A DNA stretch of 37,362 bases. Source: a virus (Duplodnaviria; Caudoviricetes). The stretch is from IMG/VR virus record IMGVR_UViG_3300022670_000254, positions 1 through 37,362 of that record. The stretch is one strand, 5' to 3'. Shown in pieces: positions 35,290 to 37,362 of the stretch. The translations under genes were made by a program, and so were the position numbers. The notes under the pieces were generated by a model. That model saw only the letters and a program-made list of their open reading frames with translations. It ran no database searches and was not told the DNA's origin. Within the stretch, counting starts at the first letter, position 1. Each line of letters begins with the position of its first letter.

Positions 35290-35871
35290 TCATAGTCCTA
35301 ATCCTTCCAACATTCTAGTTTGATGATAGTTCAAAGCTCTTTGCGCCGCTGGTATCACACCTATTTTGACTTCAAGCGCCGTATGATTAAATAAATTCAA
35401 TACTTCCTTCAGCCAACCCTTCAAAGTCCTGTGATCGATGTGATAAAGCCTGTTAATTTCCGCCAAATTCTTGCCCATATTGATAATATCAAGGCATACT
35501 TCGCGTTTTTTGGGTCCATTCCTTAGCTTATTCACAGCATCCCACCAAAGGGAATATGTTTTCTGCAAATCAATGGTTCTTTGGGCCTCGTCTTCTTGCT
35601 GGCCTCCCCTGGACATGTCAACCCGCCCTTCCATGCTAGCGGTCTTTATGCCAATACCGGCCACGATTTGCCTATGAGCTAAGGTGATGGATTGCGCGGC
35701 CCGTTCGTGGTCAGTGCTCAGATGACCTTGCTTAACCAAAAAATGTATTGGCTCCCTCACCGTTTGACGTATGGCCTTTTCTCGTGGTGTTAGTTCCTTT
35801 AAATAATCATTATCACGAGCATGTTTTGCAAGCTTATCATCGGATATTAATTTTGATACACGGCTATTCAT
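35290..35871 (-). CDS. Putative late transcription regulator (Q/sigma-like position)
   Basis: C-terminal HTH-like segment; lies between the replication and packaging modules. Confidence 0.5.
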   Translation of the reverse strand: MNSRVSKLISDDKLAKHARDNDYLKELTPREKAIRQTVREPIHFLVKQGHLSTDHERAAQSITLAHRQIVAGIGIKTASMEGRVDMSRGGQQEDEAQRTIDLQKTYSLWWDAVNKLRNGPKKREVCLDIINMGKNLAEINRLYHIDHRTLKGWLKEVLNLFNHTALEVKIGVIPAAQRALNYHQTRMLEGLGL

Positions 35872-35889
35872 GTCTAATCCTTTAAATTA

Positions 35890-36066
35890 TTAATCTTTTA
35901 TCGCCATAAGTAAACCAAGAGAACCACAGATATATCCTATGGCTGCGCCATATAATTGTTGTTGTGCCAATGTTATATCCAACACATAAGGATAGTTAAT
36001 TAACAAAAACATGGGTATTAGAGAAAATAACAATGCCCATCCAAACCCTTTAAAAATTGTATTCAT
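35890..36066 (-). CDS. Small two-TM membrane protein (58 aa; not in ORF track)
   Basis: AAGGA RBS; MNTIFKGFGWALLF... Confidence 0.65.
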   Translation of the reverse strand: MNTIFKGFGWALLFSLIPMFLLINYPYVLDITLAQQQLYGAAIGYICGSLGLLMAIKD

Positions 36067-36079
36067 AATCCAATCCTTT

Positions 36080-36427
36080 TCAATGTTTACTAATTAAATC
36101 CATAAATTCAGGCTCTTCACTTAAAGCTTTCCATGTTTTAGTGTCCTCGTTGTATCGGTGTGGCAAACAACCATCTTGAACAATTACAATATTACCAAGC
36201 TTATCAACATTCCATATACCGCCATTATCGGGGTCCCACCACTTCGGAAAATCGACATCCATCAAACTGGTTATTTTTTCTGGGATAGGTTCGTCAATAG
36301 CTTTCACAATATCAACCAATTTTTTGAACTTTTTTTGCAGTTGTTTTATATCACAGCGTTGTGACCATAGAGCCCAAAGTACGCCCCATATAAATAAACC
36401 GGTTAATACTAATTCAAATTTGGTCAT
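36080..36427 (-). CDS. Hypothetical protein with N-terminal TM helix
   Basis: ATGA overlap with the methylase gene. Confidence 0.7.
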   Translation of the reverse strand: MTKFELVLTGLFIWGVLWALWSQRCDIKQLQKKFKKLVDIVKAIDEPIPEKITSLMDVDFPKWWDPDNGGIWNVDKLGNIVIVQDGCLPHRYNEDTKTWKALSEEPEFMDLISKH

Positions 36428-36999
36428 ACCCCGCCCCCAAATTTGTCAACCTGATTCCCCCAAGTTGTCCAACCATCAAATTGCTCACGGCCAAATAATT
36501 CAATCCTTGGCCCATCATACATTTTAGCAATCAATTCACGTATTTCATCAGGTTTCCGGCTGTGTTCTCGTATGTTGTGTGCCTGATATTGACGTATTCC
36601 CCTATCATTTGGGCTCCCCATACTCCCACGGCTTGCTATAAGGCACATTTCAGGGTTTCCGCGTGTATGATAACCTAAACCCATGAATTCTTTCCCTGAC
36701 GGCCTTGTTTTGTGCCAAGTGAATCCGACAGTTTTATATTCGAATCCCCATTTTTTTATTGTTTCTAGTCCCTCAATCAATAACGGATCTGTTACCCAGA
36801 GGAATAAAACGCAATTAGGACCGGCCAACGCACCAACGGCCATATCAACAATTTTTTTGTTTTCCATGCAGTCGTAATGTTGGTTAGCGTTTTTCTGTTC
36901 GCCTTTATCTGAATAATTATCAAATGACCATGGTGGATCTGCATAGATAACCCTAAAACCACCTTGGGGCCTTAATGATATTGCTTCCTTCAAATTCAC
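36424..36999 (-). CDS. MT-A70-family N6-adenine methyltransferase
   Basis: IYADPPW, LFLWVT, WGFEYKT, HSRKPD, IELF.R, WGNQ. Confidence 0.95.
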   Translation of the reverse strand: MNLKEAISLRPQGGFRVIYADPPWSFDNYSDKGEQKNANQHYDCMENKKIVDMAVGALAGPNCVLFLWVTDPLLIEGLETIKKWGFEYKTVGFTWHKTRPSGKEFMGLGYHTRGNPEMCLIASRGSMGSPNDRGIRQYQAHNIREHSRKPDEIRELIAKMYDGPRIELFGREQFDGWTTWGNQVDKFGGGV

Positions 37000-37015
37000 A
37001 ATAAATCCCCTACAT

Positions 37016-37255
37016 TCAAAATATATTATTTAATTCGTCAAAGTTTTCGATTTCTTCTTTAGGCCACCAACTCTGTAATGTGACAGGAGAAATATAACCT
37101 TCTTCATTTTGTTTTCTTGCCCTAGCATTAAATTCTCGGCTTTGTCTATTTCGGCAATCATTACACTGAGCATGTAAAGAACCATCAGGACGACCACCTG
37201 AGCCAAAAGCATCAAGGTCCCTATATTCTTGGCAAACTGTGCATTTTTTGGTCAT
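37016..37255 (-). CDS. Zinc-finger protein
   Basis: CTVC...F......DG....CNDC. Confidence 0.75.
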   Translation of the reverse strand: MTKKCTVCQEYRDLDAFGSGGRPDGSLHAQCNDCRNRQSREFNARARKQNEEGYISPVTLQSWWPKEEIENFDELNNIF

Positions 37256-37362
37256 ATCAAATCTCCCACATTTAAAATCTGTTTAATCTTATCCTTTGGG
37301 GCCTTACAATCAGGATTATAAAAACCATCAATCACCGGAACAGGACCACATTGTTCAACATC
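37219..37362. repeat. Terminal direct repeat, right copy
   Basis: Identical to 1-144. Confidence 0.97.

Noticed and set aside
36424-36999. MT-A70 methylase as part of a restriction-modification system
   Set aside because: No cognate endonuclease adjacent; orphan MT-A70 genes are common in phages
37219-37362. 144-bp repeat as a biological direct terminal repeat
   Set aside because: It cuts through coding sequence and is more simply an assembly overlap of a circular or permuted genome

Overview
This looks like a complete, circular 37,218-bp double-stranded DNA phage genome: bases 1-144 recur exactly at 37219-37362, and the reading frames join across the junction. The head, tail and ejection module is P22-like (podovirus). 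The host is probably an alphaproteobacterium, inferred from DUF1376-type initiator, GapR-like and CtrA-like genes. A divergent promoter at about 7460-7510 drives two arms. The leftward arm is a small serine recombinase, then about 16 tiny genes, then GapR-like, RuvC-like, DnaB, initiator, MT-A70 methylase, a late regulator, morphogenesis and lysis genes. The rightward arm holds hypotheticals, HNH-AP2, a RecE-like exonuclease, a Sak4-like ATPase and a secreted protein. I recognise no tyrosine or large serine integrase, CI repressor or partition gene. The strongest novel signal is at 3423-6804, directly downstream of the recombinase. There, 15 same-orientation copies of AYGAGC (best form AAACAAAYGAGC, minus strand) sit at or near the start of nearly every gene, always in the same codon phase. 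This suggests an integron-like gene-cassette array whose junction is the start codon. Cargo includes an acyl-carrier-protein look-alike lacking the phosphopantetheine serine and a stand-alone CtrA/OmpR-type DNA-binding domain. All calls are from motif recognition by eye; no database searches were run.
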